From Desulfocapsa sulfexigens (GTDB taxonomy: Bacteria > Desulfobacterota > Desulfobulbia > Desulfobulbales > Desulfocapsaceae), in the NCBI GenBank assembly GCA_015662865.1, contig DQTH01000232.1, forward strand, positions 1 to 57,865: a stretch of DNA of 57,865 nt, written 5' to 3'. Each line of letters begins with the position of its first letter. Positions within the stretch are counted from its first letter, which is position 1. A program made the translations under genes and the position numbers. The notes under the pieces are model-generated. The model searched no databases, was not told the origin of the DNA, and worked only from the letters and a program-made list of their open reading frames with translations. Positions 19,576 to 27,889 of this stretch are shown here, piece by piece.

Positions 19576-19622
19576 ATATATAAAGCAAATAAAAGAAAAA
19601 GAACGAAATATCAAACAAATAT

Positions 19623-19936
19623 GGAGGACACCATGACTGCAAACACACAAACCGCAACCAGAAATCAGGCTGAAGTTGGATACGAAACATCAAAATTTGC
19701 TCTTGGAGTTGGAATTGCTTCTGCAGCAATGATCGGACTCTGGGCAACCGCCTGTATGGCAAGCGCATTACTCAGTAATGGACTTGGTGGAACAGTTAAA
19801 GCCTTATTCACAGCCATCACCGGCTGACAGCATCTGAAGAATAAGCTTTTTAGAGAATGAATATAAGAACAGACAAGGAGGACACCATGACTGCAAACAC
19901 ACAAACCGCAACCAGAAATCAGGCTGAAGTTGGATA
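19623..19936 (+). repeat. 60-bp exact direct repeat (19623-19682 and 19877-19936) covering RBS and 5' coding region
   Basis: GGAGGACACCATGACTGC…GAAGTTGGATA identical in both; period 254 bp. Confidence 0.95.
19633..19827 (+). CDS. Small hydrophobic protein, paralog 1 (64 aa)
   Basis: GGAGG RBS; synonymous differences versus paralog 2 show it is coding. Confidence 0.85.
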   Translation: MTANTQTATRNQAEVGYETSKFALGVGIASAAMIGLWATACMASALLSNGLGGTVKALFTAITG

Positions 19937-20081
19937 TGAAACCTCAAAATTTGCACTTGGTACCGGAATGGCCATGTCAGCCCTTGTTGGTCTCTGGGGT
20001 ACTGCATGTCTCGTGAGTGCCCTTGTAAGTGTTGGTCCTCTGAATGTTGTCAAAGGATACATCACAGCAGTACTCGGCTGA
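19887..20081 (+). CDS. Small hydrophobic protein, paralog 2 (64 aa)
   Basis: AAGGAGG RBS; first 25 aa identical to paralog 1; GLWGTACLVSAL. Confidence 0.85.
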   Translation: MTANTQTATRNQAEVGYETSKFALGTGMAMSALVGLWGTACLVSALVSVGPLNVVKGYITAVLG

Positions 20082-20136
20082 TAGATAAAGATAGAAATAA
20101 ATATGTCACACAAATAGAATGACAGAGGAGAACACA

Positions 20137-20436
20137 ATGGCTGCAAATACTTCAAAAACGGCTGGTAGAATACTCCTGGCAGCAGGTTCAATAATGTGTC
20201 TTTGGGTAGGTGCTGCTTTTATCAGTGCCCTTTCAAGCAGTGGCTGGTCAGTTGGTGAACTTGCCGGACAGTACATGACCGCAATCGGGATGGTAAAACC
20301 ACTTCATACCCTGGTTGATTATTACACACACATCAAAGGGATTGAATATCTGATCTGTGTTGCCTTCTTTGTTGTCTTCCCTGTCTTCTTTAAATATGTG
20401 AACAAGGCTCCTGCAAAGGTTCCGGCAAAGAATTAG
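20137..20436 (+). CDS. Small membrane protein, paralog 3 (99 aa) with HmcD-like C-terminal segment
   Basis: GAGGAG RBS; LW…SAL…TAIG shared with paralogs; tail HTLVDYYTHIKGIEYLICVAFFVVFPVFFKYV. Confidence 0.8.
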   Translation: MAANTSKTAGRILLAAGSIMCLWVGAAFISALSSSGWSVGELAGQYMTAIGMVKPLHTLVDYYTHIKGIEYLICVAFFVVFPVFFKYVNKAPAKVPAKN

Positions 20437-20456
20437 TTTAACAATTTTATTTTCTC

Positions 20457-20497
20457 AACCTCCTGTTTATCGAAGATGATGGACAGGAGGTTTTTTT
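20457..20497 (+). terminator. Rho-independent terminator closing the small-protein operon
   Basis: AACCTCCTGT…ACAGGAGGTT stem running into a T7 tract. Confidence 0.85.
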
Positions 20498-20635
20498 ATG
20501 CACAGTTTTCAAACTGCAATATTTGGGTTATCATGAAATGACTGGCTTGTTTTGTCAGCTAATTCCGTGGTCTTATAAAATTAATCGTTGAGTAAAAGGG
20601 GCGACACAACAGTTGGCTGTCCCGGAGATATGAGG

Positions 20636-20806
20636 ATGGATGAAGATCAGGACAGGAAAGAGCGCATGGTGCGCATGGGACGTGGCATTTTTGGCATGTT
20701 GGCCATTGGTACCCTGCCCATCCTTTTTATGAATCCATTGCAGTATCTATTTGGCCTGCTAGTTTGCGGTATTATCGGTTTCGGCCTTGCCTGGGTAATG
20801 GTATAG
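20636..20806 (+). CDS. Small membrane protein (2 TM)
   Basis: GGAG RBS; charged N-terminus then two hydrophobic helices; start uncertain (20588/20630/20636). Confidence 0.55.
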   Translation: MDEDQDRKERMVRMGRGIFGMLAIGTLPILFMNPLQYLFGLLVCGIIGFGLAWVMV

Positions 20807-20837
20807 AAACCATGATCGGCAGGTGGGTAATCACATT

Positions 20838-21236
20838 TCAGTGGCTTTCTTTCTCGATATCTCTGTGATAATGCTTTACTTCTGCAAAGTCTTTGCTGAG
20901 CAGCGCTGCGAGGGCTTCAGTGACTGCAACCGAGCGGTGATGGCCACCGGTACAGCCAATACCGATCCGTAACTCTTTCTTGTTACTGCTCCTGAGCTGT
21001 ACAGCCCAAAAATGGGTTAAGCGGTGCAGATGCTGCAGGCATTCTTTTCCTGCTTCATTTTTGAGAACATAGTCGGAAATATTTTTTTCGAGACCAGTAT
21101 AGGATTTCAGACTTTCAACGTGAAATGGATTGGCCAGAAAACGAACATCAAAGAGCAGATTCACATCCTGTGGCGGTCCGTATTTGTAGCCAAAGGAGAA
21201 TAGCGTGACAGGAAGGGGAGAGGTTTCTGTCATCAT
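20838..21236 (-). CDS. RapZ C-terminal-domain protein (stand-alone)
   Basis: FSFGYKYG, FDVRFLANP, IGIGCTGGHHRSVAV, HRDI; no P-loop domain. Confidence 0.88.
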   Translation of the reverse strand: MMTETSPLPVTLFSFGYKYGPPQDVNLLFDVRFLANPFHVESLKSYTGLEKNISDYVLKNEAGKECLQHLHRLTHFWAVQLRSSNKKELRIGIGCTGGHHRSVAVTEALAALLSKDFAEVKHYHRDIEKESH

Positions 21237-21808
21237 AGTCTTGCTCCAAGGATTTCATCACGACTGTAGAGCACTTTTACCGGACAGTTATTCATCTGAT
21301 TAAGTTGTGTAAATTTCACAATATTTTCAACTCCGTTGCCATCCTGAATGTCGACGGCAATTATAATTTTGACAATATATGCTCCAAACTGAATCACCTC
21401 TTCCAGTGCACGTATGAGCTGGCTTCCTGTGGCAACAACATCTCCAACCAGTGCAACTCTGTCACCGGCTTTGATCCTGGATTCAATCCACTTTGGCTCT
21501 GAAAGATTTCCTTCTTTTCTCATGGAGTCACGGATATAAAATACTCCGATTTCCTTAAGAAATGCTGCCCTGCAGACTATGGATGTAATAGGGTGGCCCG
21601 GCCCGCCAAGAGCGCAGATATCTAAGTCTTTGATTTCTTCGTAAACGAGTTCTCCTGCCAGCTTAATTCCCTGATGTTTAAGAGAAATTTTGAAAAAATC
21701 GAAGTAATTTGTAAGGATTCCGGAAGGCGTGCGAAAGTGGCCCTCTTCCTGGTAGGCACGTTCGGCAATTAAAGATTTGAGTTCTTTTCTGGTATCAGTC
21801 ATGGCCAT
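21233..21808 (-). CDS. Orotate phosphoribosyltransferase-like protein (divergent)
   Basis: FRTPSG…YFD, PRPP loop VALVGDVVATGSQL; start MAMTD chosen. Confidence 0.7.
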   Translation of the reverse strand: MAMTDTRKELKSLIAERAYQEEGHFRTPSGILTNYFDFFKISLKHQGIKLAGELVYEEIKDLDICALGGPGHPITSIVCRAAFLKEIGVFYIRDSMRKEGNLSEPKWIESRIKAGDRVALVGDVVATGSQLIRALEEVIQFGAYIVKIIIAVDIQDGNGVENIVKFTQLNQMNNCPVKVLYSRDEILGARL

Positions 21809-21934
21809 ACAGATACTACCCAAAATTAAATTTTTAGTGAAACTGTCAAATTTACTGCTGCAATCATAGAGAGTTCTTGGCATGTTGGCAATTTATTATT
21901 TCTCATAAAAAGAGTATGAAGGAATAAAGGAATT

Positions 21935-22798
21935 ATGATGAGTGTCGAAAATAAAAAAATAACAGGTATTTTGCTCATGCTCTGTGCGTCCACCTGTTTC
22001 GTTACCATGTCGATGCTGGTCAAGGCAATGGGGGACTCAATGCCCATCCTGGAACTTATCTTTCTCCGCTCTTCCCTTGCCGTTCCCATTCTCCTGGCCG
22101 CTTTAATCAAACGTGGAAAACCTTTGGTGACCAGAGCCTGGGGAGTTTTACTGTTGCGCGCGCTCTTTGGTTCTGTGGCCATGTTCTGTTTCTATTATGC
22201 CCTCACCAACATGCCGCTGGCAGATTGTGTGTTTCTTGGCCGTACCCAGCCGCTGTTTCTCACTCTACTGGCTCCCTTTATAGTGAGTGAACGAGCCCCC
22301 AAAGAGGCCTGGGTTGCCATTTTCTGCGGCCTTGCCGGTTCCCTTTTTATTATGCGTCCGGGATTGGCCTGGAGTCTGGCAGCATGGGTAGCGCTTTTGG
22401 CTGCATTGTGTGCGGCAGTTGCACATCTTATGGTGAGAAGGCTCAGTCGTACCGATGACCCTGGTGTGATTGTTTTTAATTTTACCCTGATTCTGGCCAT
22501 TATCAGCGGATTATTCTGCTTTAATTCATTTCAGAAACCAGACTGGCAGCAGTGGGGACTGATATGCGGTGTTTCATTTTTTGCAAGCTCAGGGCAGTAT
22601 TTACTGACCACGGCTTATCGCTATGACAAGGCTCCGGCAATTGCAGCAGCAAGCTATGCCTCGGTTATTTTTTCTGTTATTTTTGGATATTATTTCTGGG
22701 GAGAAATACCTGCGCCAGCCACCTGGATAGGCGGATTCTGCATCGTGTGCGGAGGTATATGGCTGATTTACAGTCGCATGCGTTGTGTTGATGAGTAG
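21935..22798 (+). CDS. DMT/EamA family transporter
   Basis: About 10 TMs in two EamA repeats; YYALTNMPLAD, GYYFWGEIP. Confidence 0.9.
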   Translation: MMSVENKKITGILLMLCASTCFVTMSMLVKAMGDSMPILELIFLRSSLAVPILLAALIKRGKPLVTRAWGVLLLRALFGSVAMFCFYYALTNMPLADCVFLGRTQPLFLTLLAPFIVSERAPKEAWVAIFCGLAGSLFIMRPGLAWSLAAWVALLAALCAAVAHLMVRRLSRTDDPGVIVFNFTLILAIISGLFCFNSFQKPDWQQWGLICGVSFFASSGQYLLTTAYRYDKAPAIAAASYASVIFSVIFGYYFWGEIPAPATWIGGFCIVCGGIWLIYSRMRCVDE

Positions 22799-22821
22799 TA
22801 GAAACAAGAGAAGGAAATTTT

Positions 22822-23232
22822 ATGTATTCCATTTTTGAAACAGAGGTCACTGTCAGACCGGATGATATTGATATGAACAACCATGTCCACTTTTCCCGCT
22901 ATCTGGATTACATCCTCATGGCTCGCTATGATCAGATGAAAAAGGATTATAAGGTGTCAATGGAAGAGTTTGTGGCACGTGGCTTTTCCTGGGTGGCCTC
23001 GGAAGTCAGGATTCAATATAAACGTCCCATACTGCTTGGCGACAGAACCGTAAAGGTGCGCACTCAACTGGAAGAATTTGACGGCGCCAGAGCCCTGGTT
23101 AATTTCTGGATAGTAAAGGGTGAAAATGAGAAGGCCGCCGCACTGGGGCAAGTCCAATATACTATGATTTCAATGAAAAGCGGCAGACCAACCCCTGTAC
23201 CTGATGATATAGTTGAAAAGTATCGAATTTAA
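22822..23232 (+). CDS. Acyl-CoA thioesterase (4HBT/YbgC hotdog family)
   Basis: VRPDDIDMNNHVHFSRYLDY. Confidence 0.9.
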   Translation: MYSIFETEVTVRPDDIDMNNHVHFSRYLDYILMARYDQMKKDYKVSMEEFVARGFSWVASEVRIQYKRPILLGDRTVKVRTQLEEFDGARALVNFWIVKGENEKAAALGQVQYTMISMKSGRPTPVPDDIVEKYRI

Positions 23233-23395
23233 GAAGAAGAGCCGGCTTTGCATTGCTGCTTGATTCCATTTTATTACCCGTGCAGTAAGTTAACCACGCA
23301 GATCCTGATAAGTGCCTTGGTGGTATGATCAGGTATTGAATTAAAAACACATGCCGGTTTCTTGTTTTTTGTTACAGGTTTTACGGGATAAAGAG

Positions 23396-24709
23396 TTAAT
23401 ATTCTTCAATTTGTTTCCTGAACCTGACAAGCTGGCTGGTACGGATATCCTTCATGTCAAGATGGTAGATGTCCGAAGGAAAAAGGAGCTCAGCCACTCC
23501 AGTATCAAATATACGTTTGACTTCGTATTCATCGTGGGCCACGTCACGCTGATAGATATAGTTGAGATAGGAGCGGTTGGTGTGGATAATGAATTCAACC
23601 CGCATACCCCCGAGCCGGGCAAAGAACTTGAGCATGGGGGTTTTGGCGGAGCTTCCTGTTGCAGATCCCCTGTAATTACCGCCGGTCAGTGTGTCTGAGA
23701 TATCTTCCAGTGTCATAAAAGAACCGGCCTTCACCGCGCTCTGTGTCAAATGGCGAAGGAACAGTTTCACATCGCTGACAGAATTAAGAACAGCCATCAG
23801 GCCCAGCTCATCATCAACGGCAGTGGCTGGGTTTTTTTCATTTTTTCTCAGCAGTTTGAGTACCTTGGCTGCTGGTTGTTTGTTGCGGATTGTTACGTAA
23901 ATGGGGATGTCACGATCATGATTTTGAAATCTACGCCGCTTGATCAGAGTGAGTTTTTCTCCGGCAACCGGGATGATGCTCCGGGCCTCATCTTCAGAGA
24001 GAACACAAACTCTTGTGCAGCTGAAATCGTCGTCTACACGGTGTTTGGAGTGTAGGTAACTGATTTCAAGATCACCAATTTTCAGACTGGAGCTCCAGAC
24101 AAACACATTCAGAAAGCTTAGAAAGTCGGCAAACTGCTGCTCAATTGCTGTTTCCCGTTCTCTTTGATCGATCAACCCGGCAAGGTTCATGAGAACCAGT
24201 TTTCGCTTTGCCTCAAAACGGGCTTTGGAGTGAAATTGTTCATTGAAAAGCACCAGCAGTAGCTCCACCGGATTGTACATTGTTTCTATTTCATTGGTTG
24301 TTTCAATGTGTGAACTGTATGGGGCCAGTACCTTGGCCCGTAGCGAATTCACAACATCATCAGCGGTTCGGGCATAATCGTGGAGATGGCGGTCAATAAT
24401 CTGCGCATCGCCCCTGATACCAAACATGTTGCCGAGGAGCTGATGGGCGCGGGTGGTTACCTGATAATTAAGTTTTTTGTTATAGACCAGAGGCAGGATT
24501 TCATCAAAATTATTGGTTCCAAGAAAATCAAAGATCTGGTTGCGTACTGCCCGATACTTGGTTTTCATAAGAGGATCATCCTGTATTTCACGGGACCATT
24601 TTCTGGCTTCAGAAGAAAACGGGTGGGTCAGGGGGAGCGCGTCTTTGACTGCAAAGGGTCCGTTTTGCAGCATGGCGGTAAAGATGGATTTTTTACTTAG
24701 AATATTCAT
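23396..24709 (-). CDS. Hypothetical protein with RelA/SpoT-synthetase-like nucleotidyltransferase motifs
   Basis: 437-aa ORF; IRNK…KLLRK…DDELGL…VEFIIHT…AHDEYE order parallels SYNTH motifs. CDS certain, function tentative. Confidence 0.6.
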   Translation of the reverse strand: MNILSKKSIFTAMLQNGPFAVKDALPLTHPFSSEARKWSREIQDDPLMKTKYRAVRNQIFDFLGTNNFDEILPLVYNKKLNYQVTTRAHQLLGNMFGIRGDAQIIDRHLHDYARTADDVVNSLRAKVLAPYSSHIETTNEIETMYNPVELLLVLFNEQFHSKARFEAKRKLVLMNLAGLIDQRERETAIEQQFADFLSFLNVFVWSSSLKIGDLEISYLHSKHRVDDDFSCTRVCVLSEDEARSIIPVAGEKLTLIKRRRFQNHDRDIPIYVTIRNKQPAAKVLKLLRKNEKNPATAVDDELGLMAVLNSVSDVKLFLRHLTQSAVKAGSFMTLEDISDTLTGGNYRGSATGSSAKTPMLKFFARLGGMRVEFIIHTNRSYLNYIYQRDVAHDEYEVKRIFDTGVAELLFPSDIYHLDMKDIRTSQLVRFRKQIEEY

Positions 24710-24852
24710 GAGTTCCTGGTAGTACAGTTGAGTTGCCGGTGGATAGCTGACGATCTGTTACGATTGATACAGGAGGCTAATTAATAATGAACAATGTTTG
24801 TTCGAAAAATCAAGCAACAGACATTCAGGTTCTTCTCAACCAGAATGTTATT

Positions 24853-24868
24853 TCCATAATTCGTGCCA
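24853..24868 (-). promoter_or_regulatory. Possible non-canonical sigma-54 promoter
   Basis: TGGCACGAATTATGGA (good -24, GG instead of GC at -12); IHF-like TAACTATTTGAAA at 24896 and TGTA-N5-GACA at 24983. Confidence 0.4.
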
Positions 24869-25034
24869 ACGTCTGATTTTTATTGATCTCAATGTAACTA
24901 TTTGAAATAGTGGAGATTTCGTTTTCAAGTGTACTACGGAAAAAAGGAGGGAGCTGCTGGAATGTTGACAATTATGTGTGAATGTAAGATTGACACTTTA
25001 CATAATTGTTAGTTTTGTTACTGCCTTTGGGGCG

Positions 25035-26414
25035 TCAACATTCGCTGATGCTTACGGCAAGTCCGCCCAGAGAGGTTTCTTTGAACTTATCCGACATTTC
25101 AAGGCCGGTCTGCTTCATGGCAGCAATACAGCCATCAAGGGGCATAATATGCTGTCCGCTTCCATGCATGGCAAGAGAGGCAGCAGTGTAGGCCTTTACA
25201 GCACCAAAACCGTTTCGTTCTATACATGGTACCTGGACAAGACCGTTTACCGGATCACAGGTCATGCCAAGGTGGTGCTCAAGGGCAATCTCCGCACCAT
25301 TTTCTATCTGCTGTGGTGTGCCTCCCAGCACCGCGCACAAACCAGCGGCGGCCATGGATGCAGCAGAACCGATTTCACCCTGGCATCCAACTTCCGCACC
25401 TGAAACCGAGCTGCGATGTTTTATGATTCCACCAATGGCACCGGCGGTGAACAGAAAATCCCGAACCTGTTCCATGGTTCCATTATTATGTTTAACAAAG
25501 TAATACAAAACAGCTGGTATCACGCCGGCAGCGCCATTGGTGGGAGCAGTAACCACCATGTGACCGGCTGCATTTTCTTCACCCACTGCCATGGCATAGG
25601 CACACATCCAGTCGTTCAGCGTTGCTTTTTCACGCTGATTCTGCAACTGCAGGTGTAATGATCTGGCACGCCTTTGCAGGTTAAGGCCTCCAGGAAGAAC
25701 ACCTTGAGTACTCAATCCATTTTCGATACAGTGTTCCATTGCATGCCAGATACTGTCAAGTCCATGATCAAGCTCCTCGCTGGACATGTTTTTCAGTTCG
25801 TTTACCCGTTTCATCTCAGAAATGGATAATCCGCTGGCCTCAGACATTTCCAGCATGGAACGGGCTGAATCAAATGGATAGGGGCAGGAAAGAGCAGATG
25901 ACATCCCAAGTGGCGCAACGATCTCTTTAATTTCAGCAAGTGTACTGATAAAGCCGCCACCAATCGAAAAGCAGGTTTCAGACAGCACCATTTTCCCGGA
26001 TGGATCCAGTAGCTCAAAGATCATTCCGTTCGGGTGTTCCGGGAGTGATTTGCCCTGATCAAAAAGAATATCCTTGTCTAAGGCGAACGAAATTGTGTGG
26101 TTTTTATCAATGACAATGGTCTCTGTTTTGCGGATATCAGAAAGTATCTTATCCACATTTTTGTCAGCCACATCCGATGGAGAATACCCATGAAGCCCCA
26201 ATGCCACAGCATAATCTGTGGCATGGCCCTTTCCCGTGTGGGCCAGGGAACCCTTAAGAATACATCTGATATGAAAGTTTTGAGAAGAGTGATGCGTTGA
26301 AATATAATTTTGTACGCCAGCCAGAAATTCTTTTGCGGCCACCATGGGGCCAATGGTATGAGAACTTGAAGGGCCGATTCCGATTTTAAACAGTTCCAGT
26401 ACACTAATAAACAT
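25035..26414 (-). CDS. sdaA: L-serine ammonia-lyase (Fe-S dependent)
   Basis: IGIGPSSSHTIGPM, VVTAPTNGAAG, GAEVGCQGE, HLGMTCDP…VPCIERN, KETSLGGLA. Confidence 0.95.
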   Translation of the reverse strand: MFISVLELFKIGIGPSSSHTIGPMVAAKEFLAGVQNYISTHHSSQNFHIRCILKGSLAHTGKGHATDYAVALGLHGYSPSDVADKNVDKILSDIRKTETIVIDKNHTISFALDKDILFDQGKSLPEHPNGMIFELLDPSGKMVLSETCFSIGGGFISTLAEIKEIVAPLGMSSALSCPYPFDSARSMLEMSEASGLSISEMKRVNELKNMSSEELDHGLDSIWHAMEHCIENGLSTQGVLPGGLNLQRRARSLHLQLQNQREKATLNDWMCAYAMAVGEENAAGHMVVTAPTNGAAGVIPAVLYYFVKHNNGTMEQVRDFLFTAGAIGGIIKHRSSVSGAEVGCQGEIGSAASMAAAGLCAVLGGTPQQIENGAEIALEHHLGMTCDPVNGLVQVPCIERNGFGAVKAYTAASLAMHGSGQHIMPLDGCIAAMKQTGLEMSDKFKETSLGGLAVSISEC

Positions 26415-26422
26415 GGAGATCT

Positions 26423-27013
26423 CTATCGGTCTGTCTGGCAGGTGGCATGCTCAAGATATGGAATCAGAAAGGGTTTATGTTCCCTGATCTCATCCATGGT
26501 GAGCCCACTGATTTCATAGGGAAAGACAAGCCAGTCTTCTGTTTTATTGAGCACAAAATCGGGCTTTATTTCTGTTTCCCTGCAGGATGGCCGTTGCCAC
26601 AGGGTTGCAATCTTCACCTGCTCCGGCATATTTCTTTTCAGATGACGACTTAAACGTTTGATAACCGCATCAATACTTTTGCCGGTACTGAAGACATCAT
26701 CGACCAGCAGTAAAGAATCATCAGCATTGAGGTTTTCAAGGAGATACTGTGTGCCATGGACCCTGATTTCAGCATCTGCAGAGGCAACCATTTCCTGATA
26801 ATAGGGCTGCCCCCGATAGGAAGTGCGCAGAGAAATGTGATTTGTTTCTATGCCAAGCGTCTGCAGACATTCCTGGACATAAATACCAACAGAGCTGCCA
26901 CCACGCCATAATCCCACGATGAATGTCGGACGAAATTCGTTTTCAAAGATCTTCACACCCAGTTTAAAAGAATCAAGAATCAGGGTTTCTTCGTCGAGAA
27001 ATTTTTTTTTCAT
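26423..27013 (-). CDS. Type I phosphoribosyltransferase (purine PRT-like)
   Basis: GLWRGG, LLVDDVFSTG, WLVFPYE. Confidence 0.85.
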   Translation of the reverse strand: MKKKFLDEETLILDSFKLGVKIFENEFRPTFIVGLWRGGSSVGIYVQECLQTLGIETNHISLRTSYRGQPYYQEMVASADAEIRVHGTQYLLENLNADDSLLLVDDVFSTGKSIDAVIKRLSRHLKRNMPEQVKIATLWQRPSCRETEIKPDFVLNKTEDWLVFPYEISGLTMDEIREHKPFLIPYLEHATCQTDR

Positions 27014-27139
27014 AACAATATCCCGGTGAGGGATTTTAAAAGAGATGAATGGTATTATTGGATTGAGTCATTGCTTTTACGATACCCTTTTTAGAACATT
27101 ACTTGTATGAAATAGATTCTTATATATCGACTTACTCTT

Positions 27140-27273
27140 GATGGTATCGTAAAACAATCTCCTGCACCGTCATTCCCACGCAGGCGGGAATCCAGAAGGT
27201 ATAGAAATGACAGGATTCCCGGCTACGCGGGAATGACGAAATAGTAAAAATTTCAAGTTTTTACGAATCCATC
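27140..27273. mobile_element. MITE copy 4 (cargo type B: two inverted REP-like units)
   Basis: GATGGTATCGTAAAA…TTTTACGAATCCATC; perfect 6-bp TSD ACTCTT (27134-27139, 27274-27279). Confidence 0.9.
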
Positions 27274-27292
27274 ACTCTTTACAGGGTTAATA

Positions 27293-27865
27293 ATGAATAA
27301 GATTTATTTAACAGCGCAGGGTTTACTGGAAGATTCCTTCAAACTGGCGCAACAGGTTCTTAAGAGTGGTTTCAAACCTACCTTTATCATCGCGGTGTGG
27401 CGCGGTGGAGCCCCAATAGGTATCGCTGTTCAGGAGTATTTGTCCTTTCATGGCATACAGTCAGATAATATCGCCATCCGAACCTCTTCCTATAGCGGGA
27501 TTGACAACAAAACCCGTGAAATACAGCTCTTTGGTCTGAATTATCTCGTGAAAAATATGCAATCCAGTGATCGTCTACTCATTGTGGATGATGTTTTTGA
27601 CACGGGCCGCTCGGTTGAGGCCATTATCAACGAGTTGTATCGCAGGCTACGATTAAATACGCCGGAAGATATCCGCATTGCTGTTCCCTATTATAAACCC
27701 ACCCGCAACCAGATCGGTAAAGCACCGGATTATGTGGTGCATGAAACAGCCGACTGGCTTAAATATCCTCACTCGCTGGAAGGGTTGAGTGTTGAGGAAA
27801 TAAAAGAAAAACGTCCTGCCATTTATGACATTCTGAAAAAGCATCTAAAGGAAACAAAGAATTAA
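27293..27865 (+). CDS. Type I phosphoribosyltransferase (hypoxanthine/xanthine PRT-like)
   Basis: AVWRGG, LIVDDVFDTG, WLKYPH; paralog of 26423-27013. Confidence 0.85.
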   Translation: MNKIYLTAQGLLEDSFKLAQQVLKSGFKPTFIIAVWRGGAPIGIAVQEYLSFHGIQSDNIAIRTSSYSGIDNKTREIQLFGLNYLVKNMQSSDRLLIVDDVFDTGRSVEAIINELYRRLRLNTPEDIRIAVPYYKPTRNQIGKAPDYVVHETADWLKYPHSLEGLSVEEIKEKRPAIYDILKKHLKETKN

Positions 27866-27889
27866 AAAAAGGTGCCTAACCAGCATTTC

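Noticed and set aside
19623-19936. 60-bp direct repeats as a CRISPR array
   Set aside because: Only two units, 254 bp apart, both coding; no cas genes
19633-20081. Small proteins as type IV or Flp pilins
   Set aside because: No G|F-x3-E or G|x4-EY prepilin motif (G|YETSK does not fit) and no assembly genes nearby
25035-25040. sdaA ending Cys-TGA as a C-terminal Cys-Sec motif
   Set aside because: SdaA proteins commonly end in Cys and no SECIS-like hairpin is evident
27075-27154. 12-bp inverted repeat TTTTACGATACC/GGTATCGTAAAA as an operator for the divergent PRTases
   Set aside because: The right arm is the MITE end and the left arm looks like a solo MITE end remnant; a 56-bp spacer is atypical for an operator
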